The notes beneath the pieces were generated by a model. The model did not search any database. It saw nothing but the letters and a program-made list of their open reading frames with translations, and was not told the DNA's origin. Positions 9,041 through 17,573 of a DNA stretch of 51,050 nt are shown here, one piece after another. The position numbers and the translations under genes were made by a program. The DNA comes from Anaerolineae bacterium (GTDB lineage: Bacteria; Chloroflexota; JAHJIN01). Each line of letters starts with the position of its first letter. Position 1 is the stretch's first letter. The stretch lies in NCBI GenBank assembly GCA_034435155.1, contig DAOTYG010000346.1:1-51050 (forward strand), read 5' to 3'.

Positions 9041-9709
9041 GTGCACATCCTGATCGTGGAAGATGAACAACGGCTGGCGCGGCTGTTGGGGCGCGTGCTG
9101 GGGGAGCAGGGGCACCGGGTGGAGCTGGCCTTCGACGGCGAGACGGGGCTGGAGCTGGGACTGGCCGGCGACTTTGACCTGATCGTGCTGGACCTGATGC
9201 TGCCCAAACGCGATGGTCTGGACGTGTGCCGCGCGTGGCGCGCGGCCGGGATGCACGCCCCGGTGCTCATGCTCACGGCCAAAGATGCGGTGAGCGACCG
9301 GGTGCGCGGCCTGGATGCTGGCGCCGACGACTACCTGGTGAAACCCTTTGCGATGGACGAGCTGCTGGCCCGGGTGCGGGCGTTGGGCCGGCGTGCGGCC
9401 GGCGGAGCAGAGACAACGCGCCTGCAAGTGGGCGACCTGACGCTGGACCGGCTGCGCCACGAGGTCCGGCGCGGCGATACGCCGGTCCACCTCTCCGTCA
9501 AGGAGTTCGACTTGTTGGAATGCCTGATGCGCCACGCCGGGCAGGTCCTCACCCGCGACCAGATCCTCGACTACGTCTGGCGGTACGATTTCGACGGCCA
9601 GAGCAACGTGGTGGACCTGTACGTGCATTACCTGCGCCAGAAGTTGGACCGGTTGGGGCCGCCGTTGATCCACACGGTCCGGGGAGTGGGCTATGTCCTC
9701 CGCGAGTGA
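9041..9709 (+). CDS. OmpR/PhoB-family response regulator
   Basis: ILIVEDE, LIVLDLMLP, LTAKD, GADDYLVKPF, winged helix VRGVGY; GTG start with SD ggagg. Confidence 0.95.
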   Translation: MHILIVEDEQRLARLLGRVLGEQGHRVELAFDGETGLELGLAGDFDLIVLDLMLPKRDGLDVCRAWRAAGMHAPVLMLTAKDAVSDRVRGLDAGADDYLVKPFAMDELLARVRALGRRAAGGAETTRLQVGDLTLDRLRHEVRRGDTPVHLSVKEFDLLECLMRHAGQVLTRDQILDYVWRYDFDGQSNVVDLYVHYLRQKLDRLGPPLIHTVRGVGYVLRE

Positions 9710-10988
9710 CCAGGAGGCCCGCCTGTTCCGGGGCATCCGGTGGCGGCTGGTGGGCTGGAACCTGCTGGTGCTGGGCACGATCCTGCTGATCCTGGGCGTG
9801 AGCATCTTTGCGTTGACGTCGTATCGGCTGCGGACAGAGGGCGATCAACTGCTGCGGGCGCGAACGGAGGTGCTGCGGCGCGGGCTGGTGCTGTTGCGCG
9901 CGGTCCAGCGCGACGCGCCGCTGCGCCCCGTCTTGAGAGGTGTCGTCGCCGAGGGGGTCTTTTATCTGGTGGTGGATCGCAGTGGCCGCGTGTTGCTCAA
10001 TCCCCAGGATGTGGAACTGGGCGTATTGCCGGACATGGCCGCCGTGGCCGGGGCGACTCGTCGGTCCAATGACCTGCGCACGGTGGACCTGGGTGATGGG
10101 CAGCTCGTGCGGCTCTATACGGTGCCCCTGGGCGAGCAGTACAGCGGGATGTATCTGCAAGTGGGGCGGTCACTGACGGCAGAGCGGCGAGCCGAGCAAC
10201 TCCTGGCGCTGACTTTGCTCGGCGGGGGATTGGCCGGGCTGGGGCTGGCGGCCATGGGAGGATACTTTCTGGCCGGCCGGGCGTTGGTCCCCATCCGGCA
10301 GGCGTTTTACCGCCAGCAGGCGTTCGTGGCCGACGCCTCTCACGAGCTGCGCACGCCGCTCACCCTCATCCGCGCCAATGCCGAGGTGCTGGCCCGTCAT
10401 CCAGAGCAGACGGTGGGGCAGAACGCGGACCTGGTGAGTGACATCGTGACGGAGACGGCGCACCTGAGCCAACTGGTGAGCGATCTGCTGACGCTGGCCC
10501 GCGCCGACGCCGGCCAGGTTGTCCTCAGCCGGGAGCCGGTGGCGTTGGACCAGGTGGTGCAGGACGTGGGCCGACGGTTCGCGCCGCTGGCCGAGGCGCG
10601 CCGCCAGACGGTGGAGGTGCTGGCCGATAGACCGTGCGTGGTGCGCGGCGACGCTGGCCGGCTGCACGAGCTGGTGGTCATCCTGCTGGACAACGCCGTG
10701 AAGCACGGCAACGAGGGCGGGCACATCCGCGTGGCGTTGGAGCCGGTGCGGGGCCAGGCCCGCCTCGCCGTCGCTGACGACGGCCCCGGCATCGCGCCGG
10801 AGCACCTGCCGCACCTCTTTGAGCGCTTCTACCGGGTGGACAGGGCGCGTTCCCGCGAGCCGGGTGGCTCAGGGTTGGGCCTCTCCATCGCCCGCTGGAT
10901 CGCCCAGGCGCACGGCGGGCGCATCCAGGTGACGAGCACCCTCGGCCTGGGGACCACGTTCACGGTCACGTTACCGCTGGCGAGGTAA
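9693..10988 (+). CDS. Membrane sensor histidine kinase
   Basis: Two TMs; ADASHELRTPL H-box, LLDNAVK N-box, DDGPGI, FERFYRVD, GSGLGLSI. Confidence 0.95.
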   Translation: MSSASDQEARLFRGIRWRLVGWNLLVLGTILLILGVSIFALTSYRLRTEGDQLLRARTEVLRRGLVLLRAVQRDAPLRPVLRGVVAEGVFYLVVDRSGRVLLNPQDVELGVLPDMAAVAGATRRSNDLRTVDLGDGQLVRLYTVPLGEQYSGMYLQVGRSLTAERRAEQLLALTLLGGGLAGLGLAAMGGYFLAGRALVPIRQAFYRQQAFVADASHELRTPLTLIRANAEVLARHPEQTVGQNADLVSDIVTETAHLSQLVSDLLTLARADAGQVVLSREPVALDQVVQDVGRRFAPLAEARRQTVEVLADRPCVVRGDAGRLHELVVILLDNAVKHGNEGGHIRVALEPVRGQARLAVADDGPGIAPEHLPHLFERFYRVDRARSREPGGSGLGLSIARWIAQAHGGRIQVTSTLGLGTTFTVTLPLAR

Positions 10989-11012
10989 CAGCCCGGGCCT
11001 GATATTCCCCCC

Positions 11013-11384
11013 TCAGGCCCGGGCCAGGCGCACCCTGGCGCCGCTCCGCACGGCACGGAAGACCGTGGCATCGCCCAGCACCTGCCCCACGATGTTGACG
11101 GGGCTGGCGGCGCGGGGCCGATCATCGGTGCTGGCCGGTGTACGCCCGAAGAAGATGCAGAAGGCGTGGCCCACCGGCCAGTAGCCCAGTTCCCCCACCG
11201 TGACCTCGGCCCGTGCATCCGGCGACTTTTCAGCCAGGACCGGGATCTCGAAATAGATCTCGTCGCCCCAGGTGTTAGCGGTGCCCTCGATGGGCAGCGC
11301 GTCCCAAATCTGCCGGGCTGTGGCGCTGTCGTTCAGCTCGGCTGGCATGGTCACCGGGCCGGCCGTGATGACGATCTTGCTCAT
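11013..11384 (-). CDS. Cyclophilin-like fold protein (DUF369/TM1367-like)
   Basis: LNDSATA..IWDALP, WGDEIYF, GELGYWP.G.AFCIFFG.TP, ASPVN motifs; SD aaggag. Confidence 0.8.
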   Translation of the reverse strand: MSKIVITAGPVTMPAELNDSATARQIWDALPIEGTANTWGDEIYFEIPVLAEKSPDARAEVTVGELGYWPVGHAFCIFFGRTPASTDDRPRAASPVNIVGQVLGDATVFRAVRSGARVRLARA

Positions 11385-11402
11385 GAGTTCATCTCCTTCG
11401 TC

Positions 11403-11528
11403 CCACCCTCCCGCAGGTTGCTGGGAACTGTGTTTCCCGTCTGCGCGCCGTCCACGGGCGTGTCCACGAAAACGCACGAACCGTTCGGCTGAGCTCACGG
11501 CGAAGCCTGCGGGAGGGTAAACAGTTAT
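11403..11528. mobile_element. MITE family A copy carrying a 25-nt nested insertion
   Basis: CCCTCCCGCAGGTT...AA[CCGTTCGGCTGAGCTCACGGCGAAG]CCTGCGGGAGGG. Confidence 0.75.
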
Positions 11529-11531
11529 CAG

Positions 11532-11560
11532 TTGCGTATATCTGGGCGATGGTGTATAAT
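11532..11560 (+). promoter_or_regulatory. sigma70 promoter of tRNA-Sec
   Basis: TTGCGT-17 nt-TATAAT, 7 nt before tRNA 5' end. Confidence 0.8.
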
Positions 11561-11567
11561 CGGCTCC

Positions 11568-11667
11568 GGGAGTGGAAGGGTCCCGGTGGGCCCCGCGGGC
11601 TTCAAACCCGTTTGTTGGGCATGGCAAAGATGTCCAAGGTGGGTTCGACTCCCATGCACTCCCGCCA
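11568..11667 (+). tRNA. selC: tRNA-Sec (anticodon TCA)
   Basis: Anticodon loop CTTCAAA; 6-bp D stem with CGGT loop; long variable arm; GGTTCGACTCC T arm; ends GCCA. Confidence 0.93.
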
Positions 11668-11726
11668 GAACAATACGGGGTTGCCGGACTGATCGGCGAC
11701 CCCGTTTTTTGGCATGGCTCTGGCCC

Positions 11727-11787
11727 CTTGCGCCCCAACCGTTCGGCTGAGCTCACGGCGAAGCCTGCGGGAGGGCAGGCATTCAAT
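11727..11787. mobile_element. MITE family A half copy (subtype 2) with the same 25-nt insertion
   Basis: Inverse of the 34270-34305 end; identical insertion at AA^CCTGCG. Confidence 0.7.
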
Positions 11788-12325
11788 CATCCAGAGATGG
11801 GGATTGCAGCCGCCCGCCACCCACCAGACGGTAATAGAGGCCCAGGTAGGCGCGCCCGCGTTCCTCCGGGTGCTCGGCCAGGCGCACGCGCACGGATTCG
11901 GTCCGTCCCAGCCGCCATATTGTCAGATTGACCTCCTCACCGGGCCGATACTTGCTGATGATCTGCTTCAGGTCTTGGGTCGGCCCCACAGACTGGCGAT
12001 CCACGCGGAGGATGAGATCGCCAGGGCGCAGGCCAGCCTGATCGGCCGGGCTACCTGGCACTACTTCGGTGATCAACGCGCCGGCTCGCCCGGTGTCGGG
12101 CACGGGGCGCACCGGTGGTCCCGGCGTCGGGATTACCGGGCCGGCCGGGGGCGCCGGCGGGGTAGGATATACCGGCCCTGGCAGACCAGCTAACGTGCCG
12201 GAGGATAACGTAAAGCAGCTACAGAGCAGCCCACCCAATACACACCCGCTCAACAGCCCCACCAGCAGGGTAACCAGCAGGATCAGGATGCCGATCAGAG
12301 CCAGTACCACATTGCGCGTTTCCAT
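11783..12325 (-). CDS. Membrane-anchored PDZ-domain protein
   Basis: N-terminal TM, Pro-rich linker, GALITEVVPGSPADQAGLRPGDLIL PDZ signature. Confidence 0.85.
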   Translation of the reverse strand: METRNVVLALIGILILLVTLLVGLLSGCVLGGLLCSCFTLSSGTLAGLPGPVYPTPPAPPAGPVIPTPGPPVRPVPDTGRAGALITEVVPGSPADQAGLRPGDLILRVDRQSVGPTQDLKQIISKYRPGEEVNLTIWRLGRTESVRVRLAEHPEERGRAYLGLYYRLVGGGRLQSPSLDD

Positions 12326-12398
12326 GGATTCACCTCCCATGCGTAATTGTGTAAAACGCAATCTCCTGCTCCCGTTATTACGTTTCACGTTTTACCTT

Positions 12399-12968
12399 TT
12401 ACCTCCGCCCGTTCTGGATCAGCGAGATGAACTCGGCGCGCGTAGCCGCCCGGCTGCGGAACAGGCCCCGGTTGGCCGAGGTGATGACTACAGAGCCGGG
12501 CTTCTTCACCCCCCGCATGGTCATACACAGGTGAACAGCCTCGATCACCACGCCGACCCCGTCCGGCTGCAAGGTCTCGTCAATGATGTCTGCGATCTGG
12601 CTGGTGAGGCGTTCCTGGACCTGGGGCCGGCGCGACAGGATGTCCACCAACCGCGCCAGTTTGCTCAATCCCACGATGCGACCGTTGGGGATATATCCCA
12701 GATGTGCCACTCCATGAAAGGGCAGGAAATGGTGTTCGCACATGGAGTAGAAGGGGATGTCACGGACGATGACCATCTCCTTGTGTCGCTCTTCCTCAAA
12801 GCCCACCAGGAGAACCTGGCGGGGGTCCTGTTCCAGGCCCCAAAACACCTCTTCGTACATCTGGGCGATGCGCTGAGGTGTGCCGATCAGCCCCTCGCGA
12901 TTGCTGTCCTCACCGATGGCCTCGATGATCAGCCGCACAGCCTGTTGGATCTTGTCGTGATCGATCAT
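12399..12968 (-). CDS. folE: GTP cyclohydrolase I
   Basis: [41 protein letters not shown]. Confidence 0.97.
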   Translation of the reverse strand: MIDHDKIQQAVRLIIEAIGEDSNREGLIGTPQRIAQMYEEVFWGLEQDPRQVLLVGFEEERHKEMVIVRDIPFYSMCEHHFLPFHGVAHLGYIPNGRIVGLSKLARLVDILSRRPQVQERLTSQIADIIDETLQPDGVGVVIEAVHLCMTMRGVKKPGSVVITSANRGLFRSRAATRAEFISLIQNGRR

Positions 12969-12995
12969 TTCTTCATCCCCTTATAATCATTTCGC

Positions 12996-13361
12996 TCAAG
13001 AACGCGATGGCTCACCAGGGGGCAATCTATTTCCCTGGCAGCAGACAACCTCATCCAGCCAGGCCAGATAGCGGTCTGCCCCGGCCGCCAGGGGCAGGGC
13101 GATGATCTCCGGCACCTCATAGGAATGCACTTCCAGCACTCGTCGAGCCAGCTCGTTGAAGCGGTCAGCTCGAGTCTTGACGATCAGCAAGACTTCTGGA
13201 TCATCGTGAACGGCACCTTCCCACAGGTAGAGGCTACGAATGCCGGGCACGATGTTGACACAGGCGGCCAGCCGTTCCTCCACCAGGGTCTGGGCAATAG
13301 CCGTGGCCTCGTCCGTTGAGCCAGCCGTGATAAAGACAACCAGGTGCGGTGAAATGCTCAT
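12996..13361 (-). CDS. cutA: Divalent-cation tolerance protein CutA
   Basis: LVEERLAACVNI, SLYLWEG, LIVKT, HSYEVPEI; SD ggagg. Confidence 0.95.
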   Translation of the reverse strand: MSISPHLVVFITAGSTDEATAIAQTLVEERLAACVNIVPGIRSLYLWEGAVHDDPEVLLIVKTRADRFNELARRVLEVHSYEVPEIIALPLAAGADRYLAWLDEVVCCQGNRLPPGEPSRS

Positions 13362-13394
13362 CAGATACCTCCGGGTGTCGCGTGCGCCAGGGTG

Positions 13395-13424
13395 ATTATA
13401 CTCGATAGCCCTGGCAGGTGTCAA
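13395..13424 (-). promoter_or_regulatory. sigma70 promoter of cutA-folE-PDZ
   Basis: TTGACA-18 nt-TATAAT on minus strand. Confidence 0.75.
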
Positions 13425-13434
13425 CGTATTGGGT

Positions 13435-13616
13435 TTGACATCCGTGCGTAATTAAACGCACACTCCCCACTTTGCGGCCCTTCGCCGCTACGCGATGCGG
13501 GGAGAGGAAAGAATGCCTGGTAAGGGGTTTTTGCGGCGGCGAAGCCGCCGCAAAAACCCCGAAAGGCTTTCCCTCTCCTTGTCCCCTCCCTGACAGAAGT
13601 TATGCACGGATGTCAG
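13435..13616. mobile_element. MITE family B copy 1
   Basis: TIR TTGACATCCGTGCGTAA...TTATGCACGGATGTCAG; internal TTTTGCGGCGGCGAAGCCGCCGCAAAA hairpin; no ORF. Confidence 0.85.
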
Positions 13617-13626
13617 GTGTAAACCC

Positions 13627-13655
13627 TTGCGTTCTCGGTCAAAACCGGCTATAAT
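13627..13655 (+). promoter_or_regulatory. sigma70 promoter
   Basis: TTGCGT-17 nt-TATAAT. Confidence 0.75.
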
Positions 13656-13692
13656 GGGCCGTTGTTTGGAGACACCCGAAGGAGAGCATAAG

Positions 13693-14628
13693 ATGGTCAA
13701 GGGCAATCAGACGATAATGCCGTTGCGTCGTTACCATCCGCGCGAATCGTATGCGGTGGGCGAGCGAGTTGATTTTGGCCCTCTGGGGCCGGGCACCGTC
13801 ACTGATGTGTTGACCTGGGCTTCCCCTCCGACCACGGCTCGCCATTCCCTGGCTGTGACCCTGGACAATGGCCGGCTGGTGTATTTTGCGGCGGGTATGG
13901 GGGAGGAGGCTGAGGCTGTGGATATGGCGGCTGTGCCGGCCATGTTACCTGATGAAAAGGTGGCTGTGGATATGGGCCCGGGTCCAGAGCACTGGCGGGC
14001 AGCTCTGGCCCGCCTGATCCGTCAAGAAGTGGGGATCCCAGAGTCCCGTAAGTCGTTGCATATCCAGGCTCTATCTGGAGATGGTGTCCTGGTGGCGGTC
14101 GGACATGGTCCTGAGACCCTGTTGCCCTGGCGGAGCCTGGAGACCAGTCGGCACCGCTTGCAGGACTATGGCTATCTGGCGCTGAGCGACCTGGAAACCC
14201 TGATTCCAGAAGTGGATGCCAGCCTGGTGGCTGCGCTGCTCCTGGTGATCCCCAACGTGGTACTGGCTGGCAAACCTCCCCGGTTGTACTACCCGGCTGC
14301 CCTGACCCCTGACGAAGCGGCCCGCTTCAATCTCTCTTTGCAGCCGGTTCACCTGTCCAAGTCTTTTGTCTCTATCCCTTCCGATGCCTGGTCGCTTCTC
14401 CCTCTGCCCCCGGTGGGCGAGCATGTGTATATCCCGGTACTCATCGGTGAGACCATGACCTTGTGCCGGCTCTCGCATCGGGCATCGCCAGCGGAAGTCC
14501 GGCTCTATCTGCGCGACGCGGCCGGCCAATGGCTACGCCAGCACTGTCAAGAGAATGACACGTTGCAGTTGTGGTTCTGGCGCAACTCCCGGGGCGAGGT
14601 GGTGGCTGTAGCCCTGGAAAAACAATGA
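13693..14628 (+). CDS. Hypothetical protein
   Basis: Long ORF behind a clear promoter and SD (ggagag), adjacent to lspA; no family recognised. Confidence 0.7.
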   Translation: MVKGNQTIMPLRRYHPRESYAVGERVDFGPLGPGTVTDVLTWASPPTTARHSLAVTLDNGRLVYFAAGMGEEAEAVDMAAVPAMLPDEKVAVDMGPGPEHWRAALARLIRQEVGIPESRKSLHIQALSGDGVLVAVGHGPETLLPWRSLETSRHRLQDYGYLALSDLETLIPEVDASLVAALLLVIPNVVLAGKPPRLYYPAALTPDEAARFNLSLQPVHLSKSFVSIPSDAWSLLPLPPVGEHVYIPVLIGETMTLCRLSHRASPAEVRLYLRDAAGQWLRQHCQENDTLQLWFWRNSRGEVVAVALEKQ

Positions 14629-14629
14629 G

Positions 14630-15139
14630 GTGAACACCTTGAGCCTGCGTAACTGGCGCCGCGAAAGCTTGCTGATCGTGAGCGCACTCCTGATCGTGCT
14701 GGCAGACCAGGGCACCAAGCTCTGGGCCGTGCAGAACCTGCGCGATGGGGGTATCGTCCCCCTGATCGGCGACATCCTGCGGCTGCGCTATACCACCAAC
14801 ACCGGGTCGGCTTTTGGCCTGTTTCAGGATCAGGGCACCGTGCTCACCGTTATCGCCCTGCTCGTGGTGGGGGTGATCGTGTTCTACTATCGCCGCCTGC
14901 CCGACCACATGATCCTGGTGCGCCTCAGCCTGGGCCTGCAACTGGGCGGGGCAGTTGGCAACCTGATTGACCGGCTGCATTATGGCAGTGTGGTGGACTT
15001 TATCGAGTTCGTTCTGTGGCCGGTGTTTAATATCGCCGATGCCGCCATCGTGGCCGGCGTGGCCCTGCTGGCCTATTACCTGATCTTCCTGGCCCCGGGC
15101 GAGGAAAAGCTGACACCGGACGTGGAACGTGAAGCGTGA
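14630..15139 (+). CDS. lspA: Lipoprotein signal peptidase II
   Basis: DQ.TK, N.GSAFG, GGA.GN.IDR, G.VVDF, PVFN.AD. Confidence 0.97.
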   Translation: MNTLSLRNWRRESLLIVSALLIVLADQGTKLWAVQNLRDGGIVPLIGDILRLRYTTNTGSAFGLFQDQGTVLTVIALLVVGVIVFYYRRLPDHMILVRLSLGLQLGGAVGNLIDRLHYGSVVDFIEFVLWPVFNIADAAIVAGVALLAYYLIFLAPGEEKLTPDVEREA

Positions 15140-15187
15140 TTCGTGATGCGCGCGTAGCGTGCGAGTCACGAGTCACGAGGAGCTCTC

Positions 15188-16057
15188 ATGCGCATACTGG
15201 GGTTAGTGGGTTCCAGCCGCAAGCTGGGCAACACCGAGGTTTTGGTCAAGGAGGTGGTCCGCTCCGCCGCCGCTGATGATGATGACGTGCGTCTGCTGCG
15301 GCTCACGGACCTGCGCCTGGAGTATTGCACCGGCTGCATGGCCTGCGCCTTCCGCGACGGCGGCCCCTGTCGCCTGGATGACGATATGGAATTCCTGCTG
15401 GCCGAGATGCAGGCCGCCGATGCCCTGGTCTTGGGCGCGCCGGTCTATGCCCTGCTGCCTCCCGGGCCGGTGAAGCTCATGGCCGACCGCTTTATCATGG
15501 CCCTGGCCCGCCAGGAACGCTTCGTCGGTAAGGTGGCTGTCACTGTGGGCGTGGCCGGGCTGGCAGAATGGAGCCAGCTCATGCTGCCACTCCTCAACAG
15601 CGCGGTCATGGCCTTTGGCTACCGGCTGGCGGATGCGCTGCTGGCCTGCGCGCCAGGGCCAGGCCAGGTGCTGCTGGACCCGGCTAACGTGGAGCGGGCG
15701 ACCACGGCCGGGCGCAATCTGCGTCGCGCCTTGAACGGCGAGGACGTGCGCCCGGATTTTGGGCCGGGGCACTGCCCTGTCTGCGGGGCGGATTTTTTCC
15801 GGCTCACCCCCACCGGCCTGGAGTGCCCGGTCTGCCTGGCCCCAGGTCAGTTGTTGGACGGTGTGCCGATCTTTGGCGAATCCCCGGCGCATCGCTGGGA
15901 ACCGGCAGCCCTGAGACACCATTTCCACGACTGGATCCGCGCCACCGGCCCGGCCTACCTGGCCCTGCGTTCCGAGATCAAGGACCGGCAACAGCCATAT
16001 CGGGCGCTGGATGGCTGGTGGATCCAACCCCCACGGGAAATGCCCCGGTCCCGGTGA
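15188..16057 (+). CDS. Flavodoxin / iron-sulfur flavoprotein family with C-terminal Zn-ribbon
   Basis: GSSRKLGNT, CTGCMAC...C, ADALVLGAPVY; later CPVC...CPVC. Confidence 0.85.
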   Translation: MRILGLVGSSRKLGNTEVLVKEVVRSAAADDDDVRLLRLTDLRLEYCTGCMACAFRDGGPCRLDDDMEFLLAEMQAADALVLGAPVYALLPPGPVKLMADRFIMALARQERFVGKVAVTVGVAGLAEWSQLMLPLLNSAVMAFGYRLADALLACAPGPGQVLLDPANVERATTAGRNLRRALNGEDVRPDFGPGHCPVCGADFFRLTPTGLECPVCLAPGQLLDGVPIFGESPAHRWEPAALRHHFHDWIRATGPAYLALRSEIKDRQQPYRALDGWWIQPPREMPRSR

Positions 16058-16062
16058 CGGTC

Positions 16063-16974
16063 ATGAGTCTGCTCACCTTCGCGGCCACGGCTCAGGACCG
16101 GGGCACCCGGCTGGACCAGTATCTGGCCGCGCAAACCGGCCTCTCCCGCGCTCAGGTCCAACGCCTCATCACCGCCGGGCAGGTGACGGTGGCCGGCGAA
16201 GCGGTCAAGGCCAGCCTGCGTTTGGCCGGCGGCGAAACCATCGTCGTGCAACTGCCGCCAGCGGTAGAACCGCTTGCACCCACCCCGGAGCCTATCCCGC
16301 TGAACGTCGTCTACGAGGACCGGGATGTGCTGGTGATTGACAAGCCGGCCGGCCTGGCAGTCCACCCCGCCGTGGGGCACGAGACCGGCACGCTGGTGAA
16401 TGCCCTGCTGGCCCGTTATCCCCATCTGGAAGGCACCGACCCGGCCGGCCGGCCCGGCATCGTCCACCGCCTGGACAGGGACACTTCTGGCCTGCTGGTA
16501 GTGGGCAAGTCCCAACGCGCCGTGGAGGGCCTGAAGGCGCAATTCAAATCTCAACAGGTGAGCAAACGCTACCTGGCGTTGGTGGTAGGCCACCTGCCGG
16601 TGCCCCAGGGCCTCATAGATGCGCCGGTGGGCCGGCACCCACGCTGGCGGCAGCGGTTTGCCGTGCGCTCCGACGGGCGCGAGGCGCGAACCCGGTTCAC
16701 CGTGTTGGAGGCGTTGCCCGGCTATTCGCTCCTGGAGGCCCGGCCGGAGACCGGTCGCACCCATCAGATCCGCGTCCATTTCGCCTACATCGGCCATCCG
16801 GTGGCCGGCGACCCAGTCTATGGCCCTCGCAAAGACCGGCTGGGCTTGGGTCGGCAGTTCCTGCACGCCAGCTTTCTGGGCTTCCGGCACCCCATCACCG
16901 GCCAGCCGCTAGAATTCACCAGTTCCCTGCCCGCCGACCTCCAGCGCGTGCTGGACCGGCTGCGTGAGGGGTAG
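16063..16974 (+). CDS. rluD: RluA-family (RluD-like) 23S rRNA pseudouridine synthase
   Basis: S4 domain RLDQYL, DKPAGL.VHP, HRLDRDTSG, TGRTHQIRVH, LHA. Confidence 0.93.
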   Translation: MSLLTFAATAQDRGTRLDQYLAAQTGLSRAQVQRLITAGQVTVAGEAVKASLRLAGGETIVVQLPPAVEPLAPTPEPIPLNVVYEDRDVLVIDKPAGLAVHPAVGHETGTLVNALLARYPHLEGTDPAGRPGIVHRLDRDTSGLLVVGKSQRAVEGLKAQFKSQQVSKRYLALVVGHLPVPQGLIDAPVGRHPRWRQRFAVRSDGREARTRFTVLEALPGYSLLEARPETGRTHQIRVHFAYIGHPVAGDPVYGPRKDRLGLGRQFLHASFLGFRHPITGQPLEFTSSLPADLQRVLDRLREG

Positions 16975-17047
16975 TGCTCTCCTTTTCCCCCCACCATCCA
17001 CTCTCCCCAACTTGGGAAGGGCCAGGGGGGAGGGCCAGGAGAATCAC

Positions 17048-17356
17048 ATGGAACCCGTTGGCCTGAACGAGAAGATGATGGAGGTCCGCGCCCTGGCCGA
17101 TGCCAAAGGCTTCTCCTCGGACCCGGCGCGCATCTGGGAGATGTTGGCTCTCATCCACACCGAGGTCTCGGAGGCCACCGATGCCTATAAAAAGGGCCAG
17201 CCTTACGAGGCCGTCGGCGCCGAGTTGACCGATGCCATCATCCGCATCCTGCACCTGCTCTCGGCCCTGGACCAGGACGCTGAGGCGTTATTCCGCCAGG
17301 TGATGGACCGCAACTGGGAGCGGCCCCACAAATACAACACCGTGCGAGGTGGGTGA
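17048..17356 (+). CDS. MazG-like nucleotide pyrophosphohydrolase
   Basis: LIHTEVSEA.DA, EL.DAIIRIL, M..N..RP.KY. Confidence 0.8.
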   Translation: MEPVGLNEKMMEVRALADAKGFSSDPARIWEMLALIHTEVSEATDAYKKGQPYEAVGAELTDAIIRILHLLSALDQDAEALFRQVMDRNWERPHKYNTVRGG

Positions 17357-17370
17357 ATGAAACCCCGGTT

Positions 17371-17484
17371 GTAATTGCTCGGCCTACCCTCTCGCAGGTT
17401 GCTGGGAACCGTGTTTCTGCAAAGCCGTCCCCCGGCGTGCTGGGCCGCCGCGAAAACGCACGAACCTGCGGGAGGGTGAGCAAT
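17371..17484. mobile_element. MITE family A copy flanked by 21-bp direct repeat
   Basis: GTAATTGCTC...CCCTCTCGCAGGTT...AACCTGCGGGAGGGTGAGCAAT; GTGGGTG(A/T)ATGAAACCCCGGT at 17349-17369 and 17485-17505. Confidence 0.8.
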
Positions 17485-17573
17485 GTGGGTGTATGAAACC
17501 CCGGTCCACAGAGTAGGAGGATTGACCCCTGCCCGCTGACGACCGACCAGCGGGTTGCGGTCAGCGACCTTTT

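Noticed and set aside
8930-9805. 622-aa ORF extending the polyprenyl synthase N-terminally (with IIHHPSS repeats)
   Set aside because: The extension is antisense to the response regulator and translates the heptamer tract; homology starts near 8929
11385-11786. N-terminal extension of the cyclophilin-like ORF with a duplicated PPAGFAVSSAER peptide
   Set aside because: It reads through two MITE copies and the antisense tRNA-Sec; not a real protein segment
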